A model generated the notes under the pieces. That model did not search any database and was not told the origin of the DNA. It saw only the letters and a list, made by a program, of their open reading frames with translations. The position numbers and the translations under genes are program-made. A stretch of DNA of 64,000 bases, from assembly GCA_026936335.1 (NCBI GenBank), contig JAPMXV010000053.1:378058-442057 (forward strand), in the 5' to 3' direction. Source of the stretch: Mantamonas sphyraenae STR306 (lineage: Eukaryota > Protista > CRuMs). Of the stretch, positions 49,701-62,900 are shown piece after piece (within the stretch, counting starts at the first letter, position 1; the number at the start of each line of letters is the position of its first letter).

Positions 49701-52700
49701 CGCAGATTGGAGGAATAGGAAACAGCAAAGACACCTTGGGTGGCGAGCGACACAGTGACACTGCCTGTGCTGAGAGAAGTGACAATCAGAGCTGCATCTG
49801 TTGCGGTTGAGCTCAGCAGAGTGTTGTTGAAGCGGTCACGCAACTGGATGGTGACACCTGTGCTGGCCACACCGGCTATCACGGTGCTCTGGACATCGAG
49901 GAGCTGCGAGCGCGAAGGATCGCCCTGAACAGGGGTGACCACAATGGCAAAGGGAGACCCGACGATACCCCGCGTCCACGAGAGATCGGTGATGCTGACA
50001 GCGTACGTGCCTGCAATTGTGTAGTTGAGCAGAGCTGAGTACACCCCGCCTGCATGTGGAAGCACTGTGCCGTTGCGCACGCCCTGGATGGCAACAGCAA
50101 AGGCGTCGGGCTGCGTGGACAACGGATTGCCGAACACATCACGCGCCTGGACGGTGGCGTTGAAGGATGCGTCTGCAGCGACGGTGCCTGTGGGTGTGGA
50201 CACGACGGTGCTGTGGAGAACAGAAACTGCCGCCGGAAGCACCGAGACCGTGTGCGATGAAATGAGGCTGGGCCCCGGCTGCACAGAAACGTGAAGGTTA
50301 AAGACACCGCGCGTCGTGAGATTGAACGTGAGGCTGTGCATGCCTGCACCCAGGTACTGCGTGGAGTGCAAGGCATTTGCAAGGACGACGTCGCCGCCGG
50401 CAGTGAGGTTGTTGCCAAACTGATCACGGAGCTGGATGCGCACAGTGTGCGTCGTACCGGCAACGACAACCTGCGGAACGTCGTACACCGAGGAAGAGCT
50501 TGCCTGCACGACGTCTGTGGCCACAGTAAACGGCAAATTGCCTCCAATCTGAGCATCCTGGTTGAGGGTGACGGTGAGCGGGTGTGTTCCGCTGACGGTG
50601 GCTGCGACAGAGGTGGAGTAGCGCCCAGTGGCCATGCGTCGTGTGGAAACACGTGCATAGTCGGTCTCAATGTCAACTGTGTCGTAGAAGATGGTGGGTG
50701 CGGCGTACCTTGCAGCGGGCCCGCGATCGATGAACGGGGCTGTGGGAATAACGACGTCCGTGTGCCACAAACCAAGCCCGACGACCTCGACGCTGCCATC
50801 TGCCGTGTCGATGGTAGCGTATGGGTTGGAAGCATAGTAATCTGATGTCAACGTGTTGTAGTTGGGGAACCCCTGGCCGTAGCCCTTGGCGTAGATGTCG
50901 TAGAGGCCTGGCTGGATGGCGACCGGAGCAGGGAGCTCACAGCGCATGTAGCTGCCCTGGATGGTTGTGCTTGCACACAGAAAGGTGTCGATGACGGCCA
51001 CGTTGGACGTACTCGTCTGCATGCGCAGGGAGATGTTGCGCGGCTGCAGACCTGCCTTGATGTACGCACCCATGGCGTGAATGTTGATCGGGCGCACGAC
51101 ACGCAAGGTGTGGCCCAACCAACCAAGCCAGTTGGTTTGGGTGGCCGGAGTGTTGTCCGCATAGGCGATCAATTGGTGGACGGGGCGCGCGCTGCGTGTG
51201 CGCGGCATGTGTGCGCGTGCGTAGTGTTCTGTGAACCACAGGGACCCTGCGCCGTACACGTTTGCGTTTCCACCTGTGTCGGGGCGTTGCAGGGACCTGT
51301 TTTCTTCCGGCTTTGAGAAGCGGCCGTGCATGACGATGGAAATAGCCCCGTCTGCAGAGTCGGTCTTGATGGGATTGGTGCCACCGACCGGATTGTGGTT
51401 GTAGTTGGGGAACGTTGCGTTGTACCCCGTGGCAGCAACCCAATAATCACCAGGAAGCAGATAGATGGGCGCATCAAGGTCTAGCCGCATGTAGCCATTC
51501 TGGGGCTGTGAGTTGACGATGTACTGACGCGTGAGGATGGTGTTGCGGTAGTCTGCGGCAGTAATCCAGACGTTGACGTCGCTGGGAGGCTTGTCAGCAG
51601 ACAGGAACGCACCGAGGGCGGTTACGTAGATGGGCCGGTTGACGCGAAAGGGAAGGCCAAACGAGTAGTCGGGCGCGTCGTGCTGGTTGCCGTTGATGCC
51701 TGCTGGCGCGGTATGGAAGAGTTGGTGTTCGAGGTCGGAGACGTTGGCGACGTTGCCTAGCGTGTCGCGCAGGACGGTGTCGACAAGCACTTTTGTGGTG
51801 CCTGCGACGGTGGTGCTTGCAACCTGCGTGTTTGCCGAGTGGGCAGCAGTGGGTACGTTGGAACGCACCGTCAACGCAAAGCTGATTGCAGGTACGTTGA
51901 CGAGAGAGACAGCATAGGTACCAGTGACGTTGATCATGGTCGTGGCTGCATAGATGCCATTGCCGGTGTACTCCATGGTGATGTTGGGCAACCCCTGGAT
52001 GGCGACGATCATGGGGAGTGCGGAGGGCGCGGTCCGGTCGTTGCCGTACTGGTCACGCGTCTGAACACGTAGGATCTGAAAGTGCTGTCCGGCGACGGCT
52101 TCTGTGGACGAGGCGAGTTGGACGGTTGTCGGGTAGTGAGCAGGTGCTGGCACGATGGTGATCTGTTGTGCGCCGATCCCAATGGCCTGGCCCGAGAGTT
52201 GGACGGAGACCGAGTGTTGCACAGCCTGAGTGGGTGTGAAAGACGCGGTGTAGGTGCCGTTGGCAAAGGGACCGTGCCACACGAAGGAAGCCGTGGCAGG
52301 CGTGGCCACGACAGCAAGGTTTCCGGGCAGTGTTTGGTCAAACGCATTGCCGAATGTATCGAGCAGTGCAAATGTAAAAGTGATCGGCTGACCGGCGACG
52401 GAAGTTGTCGGGGCGATGGTCTGCACTTTGGAGGAAGGTGCATGTGGGGCAGCCGGATTGACGGCAAAGGTAAACGGGGAACCGGCGATGTGGAGGGAGG
52501 CGTTGTAGCGCAAGGCATAGGAGTAGTTGCCTGCACGAGTGAGGGTGACACTGGGCACATCCCAGATGTTGACGCTGCCGCCACGAAGAGAAGCCGAGGT
52601 GGTGAAAGGCACAGGGCCGGTCAACACGGCTTGGAAGGATGTGTCGAGGGCCTCAGTGCGTGCTACTCCTGCGGCGTCGCGCGCCAGGATGGCTGGGGAG

Positions 52701-55700
52701 AGGGCTGATCCAGCCAGCATGGCAGTAGGGATGGCCGATTCGAGGATGCACTGGGCAGGGGTGGTTTGTGGCGTGTTGACGGTGATGGTGTACGGAGAGT
52801 TTTGAACGTGTCGGCCGTACACGGTGATGCCAAAGGAGTAGACGCCGTTGCGAAGGGGCGAGCGGGCCCAAACGGTGAACGCGCCGTTTCCGTGCACAAT
52901 AATATTGCTGTCCAGCGGCCCTACTGTTGCAATGTGCGTTGCTGGAATGACGGAATTGAGGGTGTTGCCAAAGGCGTCTACACCGTGGAAATTGAAGAGG
53001 CGGACGATTTCGACGTTGCCACAGCAGTGGCGAGCGGTGGCGGTGGATGCCTGGGCACCTCCGGGGATGTTGGGCGCATAGGCAAGGTTGGGGTTGACGG
53101 TGATGACGAAAGCGCTGTTTTGGATGTCGGCACCATCAGCCTTGAGCTTGACGTTCATGGAGTAGGAGCCTGCGCGAGTGAGGTTGAGAGCAAATGCATG
53201 GTCTCCCGTGGTGCCACCGACGACAGGAGTCGAATCGATCGTCAAGGAGAAGCCGTTTGCCTGACTGGAAGTGCCTGTGACGGAGAGGGTGAAAACGTCG
53301 TCGTCGTGGAGCTGGAGGGCGGAGTTTGTGTCGCGCGCAAACACGGTGAGCGAGACGATGCTGCCGGCGGTGTAGGTTGTCGGCGGAGTGGAGCGGGTGC
53401 TCTTGATTGCCTGTGTGGGAAGCCAAAAGGTGACAGTTCGTGGAGGGGCAAAGTCGATGTTGCCGTAGAGAAAGTGCACGGTGACGGGGCCAGCGGAGGA
53501 GCGTGCAGTGAAGCGGCACTGATAGTCGAAGTCAGAGTTTCCGGGGTTGCCTACTCGGATGATATCGAAGCGCTCTGTGCCGATGACACACTGGCGCCTG
53601 GGGTACATGCGGCAAAGCGGGCAGAAGCCATCCCATTTCGAACCTCGATCAGCCACAAAGGCCGACGTAAGGGATTGCCACGGGGCATTGGCTGGTGGGA
53701 GGCGAAGGGTGTGGACAGTTGCGCCAGCGGTGGGATTGTTGGCGTCCCAGTTTGTGTAGTCGATGGGAGAACCGTCGGTCCATGCGTACCAGCCCCGGTT
53801 GAGGGGCGCAGAGCCATCCCACTTGAGACCCGTGTAAAAGTAATTCCTGTTGTTGTAGAGAGCCATGTCTGCGATGGCACGGGCATAAACGGACTCGGCG
53901 TCTGTGTGGACGCTTCCGATGATGGACGGGATCGGGTTGCGGTCCAAGGAGGCGCAAATGGGCGCGGCCTGTGCCTCGTTGGCGTAGTAGTAAGATTGCC
54001 CCTTGTTGCGAGCACGCGTCCACAGGCAGTGGGAGAAGGGGCAAAACTGAACCTTGTCATTTGTGTGTGGATCGAGGTCGATATTGCGAGGCTGGAACGT
54101 GATGGATGAGGTCGTGCCTCCTGCGAGAAAGGTGGAGGAGGTGTGCGTAAGACCGGCAGGCGCAGATGGAATGTGGCGTGCTCTTCCCGTGCCGCCGGTG
54201 GCACCCACATTGTTCGCATGGGTGAGCGAGCCGGTTGGCATGGGTCCGATGGCACCGCCGGTGATGAGAAGATTGAGGGAGGTTGTACCAGGAGCATGGA
54301 TGAGAATATCGCCGCCTCCACCGCCTCCTCCTGGCGCATTGCCTGCGGCAGTGGAGCCGGAACCCGCAGCACCGCGGACGTCTACAGAGCCAGAGCCGCG
54401 CACTTCCTCGTCGGCAATTAGGATGACGATGCCACCGCCGGCGCCACCACTGTGTGAATTGAAGTTGTTCTTGCACGAGGAGGATCCGCCTGAACCAAAC
54501 ATGAGGCGAGAGCCGTCGTAGAGAACGGATGGGAGGTTTGAACTGCTGTAGGTACCGCCTACGGAGGTACCGTCCACTTTTTGCCTGGTGATTGAGGAGC
54601 TTGCGGTAAAGGAGCCACCTGGACAACCAATGCCGATGAAGTTTGCGTCTGTGTGGAGGAGGCATGTGCCAGACGTGGACGGTGTGACGGCAGATCGAAT
54701 GCCCTCGGCGTTGGTGACTGTCTGTGCTTCACCGCCTGGCCAGCCTGCACCCATGGCCGACACCTTGCAGGAGGAGCAAATGTCGATGACACGAGCGTGG
54801 ATGATGACGATGCCGCCTTTGGTGCCGTCGAAATTTGCTGGGGCGGAGTAGGTTGCGCCATCCACGAGCGTGAAGGTGTCATGGTGCGCATAGCGCACGA
54901 GTTGGGCTGAGGGCGTGCCAACGCGTAGAATGTTGACATCGATGGGGTGGTTCAAAGTGACCTTTGCTGAGCCAACGTTGACGTCGACGATGCGGCGAAA
55001 CTGGAAGCCGCCTGTGCTGGCGGTGGAGTGGAAGCCGGCGCCAGCATGTGTGTGGAGCATGACGTGGTCTCCGACCGCAAGACCGGAGACGGAGTCGAGC
55101 TGGAGGACGGTGTCGTCCGGGCTGTAGTAGGGTCCGGCCCCGTTGCCGACAACAGCGTAGTAGGCAAGGTGAGGCGAGGGTGCACTCTGGCCGCTGAGGG
55201 TGTACGATGTTGCGGAGGGGTCGACCTGAGAGAAGAGAGTGACAAAGTCGGGGAGCTTCTTGAGGGGCAGAGGCTTGTCATCGAGGGTGATCTGGACGCC
55301 GTGGTGGAAAATGGCAGGGTAGAGCGTTTCGGACTCGAGGAAACCAGTGGTGGGTAGCGGGCAGCGGAGGCGGGAGATGGATACAAAGAGAGCGTCGGTG
55401 AAGCCAAGGCGCGGGCCCCAGTAGCACTTGTAGCTTTCGCGAGGAGTGCAGATGTAGCGGTTGTACTTTGTGCCTGTGGCAACCATCTTGAGTGGGTTCG
55501 TAGGCGCTCCCGAGTACTGGAGAACAACGTCGCCGTTTGTGGTGAGAGTGTCGATTTCACTGGAGATAGTGCTCCAATCGACACCGGCCCAGGAGTCACC
55601 ATTAAAGGTGCCTGCACTGCGGGACAGCCCGACAAAGGTCGAGTGTTGGGTGACGCTGGAGGTGAACGTGGGCTTGAGGGAGGCGGCGAGGCTATGTAGA

Positions 55701-58700
55701 GCCCATGCTTGGTTAGCACTTGTTGGTGAAGCGGGGACAGCATTTGGCGACCAGGCAGCGCATCGTGTGCGGACTTGGTCGAGGGTGAGGGATGTCTCGG
55801 TGTGAAAGACCTTGTATGCGTGATAATACTGGTTGTAGAGGTTAGGGCCACGTACAGTGCCGCGGATGAGGTCGAGATCGACGTACGCGTCGGTAGGGGA
55901 GAGTTGCTGCTTGGTGAGGGCGTGTTCAGTGCATACGGAGTCGACGTAGTCCTTGCGGCCACGGGCACCGTCGACGGTAGGGTTGCCGTTTGGATTTGCG
56001 GGGGAGGATCGCTTGGAATGTCGACAGTAAACTCGCTGTTGGAAATGGACTCTGGCGAGCGGGTGAGGAATTGGATGACGCCGCCGCCTCCTGGGGCGCC
56101 ACAGACGGCGGTGCCACAGGGGGGCGGATCAGCCGATACGATGACGGAACCGGGGCCGTACATGGTGTCGATCATAAAGAGGGCGGCTCCTGCGCCGGTG
56201 CCACCTGCAGCGGCTTCGGCGACGTTGTCCTTTGCGGAAGCAGAGCCGCCTCCGCCTCCAAATGCCAGATTGCGGTTGTTTGGAACGTTTGTGCCTGCCT
56301 GTGACCCAGGAGAGGCTGTGGCGAACCCCTCAGTGCCATATCCGCCGCCTCCACCGCCACTCTGTGCCTTGGACTGGGCAGCGTTGCCTCCGCCTCCGCC
56401 GCGGCCGTTCCTGTTTGGCGACGGGGTGGAGACGGTGCCTGTGAAGCCTTCGCCGGGAATGCCGTGGCCTGTGATTGTTGGTGCAGGGCCGCCGCGGAAG
56501 CCGGTGCCAGCAGTTGAGAACTGGGCGGTTGCGTGGAGGAAGACGATTGCGCGCGCACGGACGGCAAGGACTCCACCGATGGTGCCGTTCCAGGGGAGAG
56601 GCTTGACGATGGCGTCCTGGTTGAGAAAAAGTGTGTTGTAGGTCGGCATGTAGACGAGTTGAGAGCCAATGGCGGGGAACTGGTACATGATGTCGCGATC
56701 GAGGGTGAGGAGGGTGTGGCCATTGTGGACGGCGATGACGCGCGCGGGCTGACCGAACTGTTCCAAGGGCGTGTTGGGGTCTGCAGCGAGATCTGTGCGT
56801 TGGGAGGCGTGGAGGACGATCCAATGGCCCGGGAGAATGTGTGTGGCAGGGGAGGAAAGGGTGACGTTGCGCACGTTGATACCCGGGGCGAGGTCTGCAG
56901 CAAGGGTGTGGTAGGTGTTGATGATGTGTGTGCCTGCCATGAGGGTGGACGAAGGGAAGCGATGTTGATCGCACGGGCCAGCAAAGCCGACGGAGCGGTC
57001 GGGAAAGTCTTGAAGTGCGTTGTCGGCAAAGTTCTGGGCGGCGATAGGGACGTCGTTGACGGTGATGGTGACGGTCATGGACGCTGTCTTGCGGTGGTTG
57101 GAGAGAGGACAGCGTACTTGAAGAGAATGTGCGGTGGGATCGTATCGGTCGATGATGGCATCTGCGTCGTCGTAGAAGGCGGAAAACTTGCAGCGAACAC
57201 GTGGAGTCTGGCGGCAGACGACACTGCCGGTTGGGTTTGTCTCGTCGGAGTACCTGAGCGTGGAAAGAGGCACAGAGGCGGTGGGGACGAGAATGTGGCC
57301 GTTGGGGAGGCCAGCTGCTTGTGGCCTTGCCTGGGCCCAGCCGGGAGAGTAGTCGAGGGTGGTCTGGTCGAGTGTGTTGCGCCAGGAGAGGCCATCGGTG
57401 GTAGAGGCGCCTGGAACAAGGGCCGTAGAGCCTGAGGCGACTGAGTAGAGAGTGGCCAGGTCTGTGGAGGAGTGAACAGAAGGGATTTGCCACCCGGGGC
57501 CCTTTGCCGTGCAGGTTGCGGCGTGATTGGCGACAGGTTGAGGATTGGCAGGCGAAAAGCAATGCTGGTAGAGGCAACGTGGGGAAGAGGCGGAGGGGCC
57601 AAAGTGGATGTTGGTGATGGTGAAGCCGAGCGGGTCGAATGTTGTCTCGCGAGGAGCTGTGAGTGCGGCACAGGAAAGGCCGTGTGAGACGGTGATGACT
57701 GCGCCAGGACCACCGTCGCCACCAGCCTTGGGATTGATTGCCGTGGTGTCTCCAGAGCCACCAGAGACGTCAAACTCGATCGCAGCCGGGACCGACTTTG
57801 CGTGGACAAAGATGGTTCCACCTGCACCACCTCCTCCACCAGCAAGGGTGGTCGTGTGCACGTTCGTGGCACCGTTGAGGCCCCTGGCGACAGCCTGGGC
57901 GGCGTTGCCAACGGTATCGATGGTGTCTGCCAGCACAAAGATGATGCCTCCTCCGGCGCCGCCAGGACCGCCCGGTTGGGCACTAGTGGCGGTTCCGCCC
58001 GAGCCACCGCCGCCACCAGGGAGGAGGATGTAGGGTTCGCCAAGTCCGTTGTTGACGTTTGTAAACTCGGTCGGGGTGCTGCCGATTCCAGGGCGTCCGG
58101 AGCAGCGAGCTGCGTTGTAGGCTCGGTTTGAACCTCCGGACCCGCCAATTCCGCTGGACCATCGGCCTCCGTTGCCAGCATTTCCAACAGAATTGGTCTG
58201 GGAGAGGGAGCCTCCTTGGAGGCCAAACCATGACTCGCCGGCGTAGCCGTCTCGCTTTGAAAGAGCTTGAGGACCGCCGACAAAGCCCGTACCAGAGGCG
58301 TCGAGGGTGCCTTCCCAGGTGAATGTCTTTGCGCGGATGGCAATGATGGACGGAGGGTCGTTGTAGACACGAGAGGGTGCTTTGTAGGTGGTGGAAGCGG
58401 GGAGGTTGAATGTGTCGTAGGATTCAACGCGCTGAATGACGCACTTTGCGTCTGTAGCTGCGACACAGGAGAAGGTCGCGGGAGTGTCAAGGGTGTAGGT
58501 GTACCTATCTGCAGGGTTGGTGACAGCGGAAACGGTGGAGAGCATCCAGGCACCGACGAAAGCGCCGACGTCCGCGTTGGAGCGAGAAGTGTCGGATTGG
58601 TGGGTGGGAGCCTTGAACTGGAGGAGGAGGACGGTGTCACCAGAAACGATGGCGGGTGTGTTGGCCCCTGTTGCGGCCAGCTGTACGGTCGTGGAGCCGT

Positions 58701-59054
58701 AGTTAACAGTGGTGACAAAGGCAGCGCGCATCGGAGCCGTCTCGGTTCCTGTGATTGTTCTCACGGGCTGACTTGGTGAATATGCACATGCAGAGAGAAG
58801 GAGAGGTGTGTTGACGACTGTAGGCGGCGTGTGTGCGGTGTGAACAGAGTTGGGGGGTTGGTGGAGTGTGGAGTGTGTCAGGGGGATGGGTGGAACACGC
58901 GAATTGCCGGAAATGGATATGCGCGGATTTCGATGGCCTTACCCGTGTTTGCAAAGGTCGGAGGGGTTTCTTGGCACGGCGGATTTGCCCACGTGGGCAT
59001 CGCAAGAGTGACAAGGATGATCAAAAGAGGGAGATGGGACGGAATGCGGGTCAT
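37775..59054 (-). CDS. Giant (~7,050 aa) multi-domain cell-surface receptor/adhesin with a multi-pass TM C-terminus. Exon 1 59054-58943, intron 58942-58818, then one reading frame broken by 1-nt frameshifts at ~56017, ~41200, ~39510 and ~37954
   Basis: Signal peptide MTRIPSHLPLLIILVTLAMPTWA and a GTAAGG..TACAG intron. ORFs 54952-58764, 41003-55486, 39444-42140, 37804-39801 and 37775-38176 join with continuous domain logic: Gly-rich modules, C-type-lectin-like, filamin (HIxGSPF), beta-propeller, IPT/TIG, Ig-like repeats, Cys-rich GCC2/3-like, TM region with YWWELVILIRK, charged tail. Confidence 0.8.
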
Positions 59055-59605
59055 CGGGGCGAAGTTTCTTTGGGTGGAGTGGGGGGGGTCTGGAAGAAAG
59101 AAGTTTTTGGAAAACTCCACTTTCCCAGGTCACGCGGACCCATGTGTTGTGAATGGTGCTTGCAGTGGGACTCATTGGTGAGCAGGGTGGGTTTGCAGGG
59201 GTTGAAGGGGTGGCAGGGGTTGCATTGGAGGATGGGGCCTCGCGCGAGCGGAGGCAACCAAGTTCAGGAATGTCTGAAAGGGAAGAGAGCCAGGCCAAGA
59301 GCGGCGGTGATAAGCAGGTCACCTCGCGAAATGATAGTGTGCCGAAGCTCCCCAAAGAGCTTCCGAAGATCGCCATGGACTACTTTCCGCCCCCTCGTCG
59401 AGAGGAGGCTGCAGACGAAGGCAAGGAAGACGGGAAGGACGGTGGTGTGTGAGGATTGGAGATCAGGTGTGTGAGGAGAAGGGGTTGTCTACTGTTAAGT
59501 GCACGCTATGGTGCAGACGGTGCGGGGTGAGCTGCGAAAGCGACACGCTGAGGGAGAACACAAACGCAATCCGATTTTCGTTTCGCCAACAAAAAACGCT
59601 GCCTC

Positions 59606-59790
59606 AGGACGCCACTTGCCACCTTGGTGGTGAGGAGGTGGTCGTAGTCGCATTGTGTCCAGTGTGGGTCGCTGTCGTTGTTTTTGGAGAGGGGGAAGTG
59701 CTTCCTGCAGCCAGAACTGGGTCGACTCGTGCTCCTTCCAGGTGGTGGGATGGGGCCTGTCACCAAGTGTGTCCATCTCTTTCATGAACG
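59606..59790 (-). pseudogene. Degenerate fragment of the repeat domain of the neighbouring subtelomeric gene
   Basis: Encodes EMDTLGDRPHPTTWKEHESTQFWLQE and, in another frame, NDSDPHWTQCDYDHLLTTKV. Nearly identical to 60520-60710 and 61650-61840 but frameshifted and downstream of that gene's stop. Confidence 0.7.
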
Positions 59791-59963
59791 GGTGGAGGAA
59801 GGGGATAGTTGGGGGCGCCGTGCGGCTCTTTCGGCCAGCAACCCAAGACATCGATTTGCATCGTCAGCGTTGCCGAAAACGACATCGGAAGGGTGCCCTC
59901 ATTCTTGGGCTGGAGCTTCATGAGAAGTGCATGTGCTGGGAGGTGGGAATGAAATGAATGTGT

Positions 59964-62900
59964 TCATTCGAGGCGCTGGCGTTTGGAGGAGGAGGTGGAG
60001 GAGGTGGAGGAGGAGAGGTCTTTGCGCTTGGGCAGGGTGAAGGAGGGGATGGGGTAGGCGTTGACAAGGGCGGTGGTGGTGGGGCGGGTGGTGATGTGGG
60101 GTGCGATGCGGTCGATGAGGGTGTGGAGGAGGGTGTGCAGTGTGGCGTCGCTGGGTTGGGGTTTGTCAAGCCAGGCAATCTTGAGGGAGAGGGAGGTGAC
60201 ACCACGGGTGAGGGTGAGGCCGATGGCATCGCGTACCTGCTTGCAGGTGAGGTGTGGCCTGAGGAGGCGGACAAAGAAGGCCAGGTCGACAGGCGGCACG
60301 CCAACGTTGCCCAGTGCCAGGATGATGTGTCGCAGCAGAGACATCAGGTTGCCGTTGTTGATCAGCTCAAGCAGTGCATTGTGATCGTGTGTGTGCTGAT
60401 AGCGAGGGTGCTTGGCTGCGCGTGCCTTCATGTGTGCCAGCAGCGTCTGGAACTCCCGCGCCGTGCAGCTGCCACGCTCGTCGCTGGGAATTCCCCTGCT
60501 CCAGCCACTGCGTACAGACTCCGGATGCCACTTGTCCACCTTGGTAGTGGTGAGGTGGTGGTCGTAGTCGCATTGTGTCCAGTGTGGGTCGCTGTCGTTG
60601 TCAGCAGGGCGTCGTGCTTTCTGCAGCCACAGTTGGGTCTGCTCGTGCTCCTTCCAGGTGGTGGGATGGGATCTGTCACCGAGAGTGTCCATCTCTGTCA
60701 CAAGTAGGTGGAGGAGGGCGTAGTTGGGGTCGCCGTGGTCGTGTGGTTCCTCCAGCCAGCACACCTTCAACCCAGCCTTTGTCACACCCATGGCCAGACC
60801 AGCGTGGGCGATGGCAGCACAGCACGGCTGCTGATCCATGTCACGGCCGAGAAGGGTGAGGAAGAGGGCCATGTCCCCCTGGGAGAGGGGAATGTTGCCC
60901 AGAGCGAGCTGAATCTGTCGGACTAGCGTTCTCAGGGTGCCATGGCAGACCACAACACGCGCCTGCAGGGTGATGAGGTCGGGGATGTCGTCGATGGGAT
61001 GCTCGTTGGCCAGAGTGTGCATGTGGTTGAGCAGTGCCGTGTGCTCCTTCTTGTTGCTGCGGCTGCGCTCGCTCTTGCGCCAGGACGTCCAGCCACTGCG
61101 CACAACGCCATCTGGCAGTTCATCCTCCACGGCCATCTTCTCCTCCTCTGTGGGTTCGGGAAGAACAAGCTCGGGGATGTCGAGGGCGTTGACGAGTGCG
61201 GTGGTGGTGGCACGGGTGGTGATGTGGGGTGTGATGCGGTCGATGAGGGTGTGGAGGAGGGTGTGCAGTGTGGCGTCGCTGGGTTTGGATTTGTCGAGCC
61301 AGGCGATCTTGAGGGAAAGGGAGGTGACGCCGCGGGTGAGGGTGTTGCTGATGGCACCTTGCACCTGCAGGCTGGTGAGGCGTGGTCTGAGGAGGCGGAC
61401 AAAGAAGGCCAGGTCGACAGGGGGCACGCCAACGTTGCCCAGCGCCAGGATGATGTGTCGCACCAGGGACTGATTGCTGCCGTTGTTGATCAGCTCACGC
61501 AGTGCCTGATTCTCGTGTGTGTGCTGAGGGCGAGGGTACTTGGCAGCGCGTGCCTTCATGTGTGCCATCAGCGACTGGAACTCCCGCGCCGTGCAGCTGC
61601 CACGTTCGTCGCTGAGACGGCCATCGTTCCAGCCACTGCGCACAGACTCAGGATGCCACTTGTCCACCTTGGTGGTGGTGAGATGGTGGTCGTAGTCGCA
61701 CTGTGTCCAGTGTTGGTCGCTGTCGTTGTCAGCAGGGCGTCGTTCTTCCTGCAGCCACAGCTGGGTCTGCTTGTGCTCCTTCCAGGTGGTGGGATGGGGC
61801 CTGTCGCCGCGAGTGTCCATCTCTGTCATGATCATGTGGAGCAGGGCGCAGTTGGGGTCGCCGTGGTCGTGTGGCTCCTCCAGCCAGCATACCTTCAACC
61901 CAGCCTTTGTCACACCCATGGCCAGACCGGCGTCGTGGATGGCATTGCTGCACGCATGTTGATCCATGTTGCGGCCGAAAAGGGTGAGGCAGAGTGCCAT
62001 GTCGCCCTGGGAGAGGGGAATGTTGCCCACAGCGAGCAGAATCTGTCGGACAAGCGTGGTCGTAGTGCCATGGCAGACCACAACACGCGCCTGCAGGGTC
62101 ATGAGTTCGGGACTGTCGTCGATGGGATGCTCGTTGGCCAGAGTGTGTATGTGCTTCAGCAGTGCCGTGTGCTCCTTCTTGTTGCTGTGGCTGCGCTCGT
62201 CACTGCGCCAGTCCCGCGACCACCCTTTGCTCACAACGCCATCTGGCAACTTGTTCGTCTTGTCATCGCCTGCTTTCTTCCGTGCGCCGTTGTTTCCGTT
62301 CTTGGCCCTCCTTGCTCGTGTGCTCGACGTTCCTGTCTCGGTGCCACTGCCAGCCGTGACCCTGAGCCTGCTCTGTCCGTTGCCTTTCAACTTCTGTGGA
62401 CCAGCACGACGGCTGATGTGGCCACTGCGTTGTTGTGTGCGGCTTCCACTTGTGTGTCTCGGCTGCCATTCGTCGGTATCCTCCTGCTCCATGTCGTCGC
62501 CATCGTCATCGCTGTCGTCTTGTGGCATGTACTCCTCATCCATGTCATCGTCTGTGTCTGCAAAGCTGAGTGCGCCCTGAGTTTCCAACTCGTCGTCCAC
62601 GTGCTGCTGGGTTGCGTCGTTTGCCTCGCCGTCTTCTTCGTACGCCTCCATCCATGAGCTGGTCATCCACTCTGTGTTGCTGGAGGGTGACCGTGGTTCA
62701 CGGTGGCCAAAGTTCAGGAACATCAGGTCCTCCACGTCGCCGGTGTCATGTGTGTGTGTGTCCTGGTCTGCGTCGTCGTCGTCGCTGTCTCCAGTCTGCC
62801 GTGTGGCCTGGTGGGAGGAGGACGACGATGTGGTGGTGGATGTGGTCCGTGTGATGCCGACAAAGGCAGGGCTGATGCGTTTGGGGACGCGGTTGTGGTT

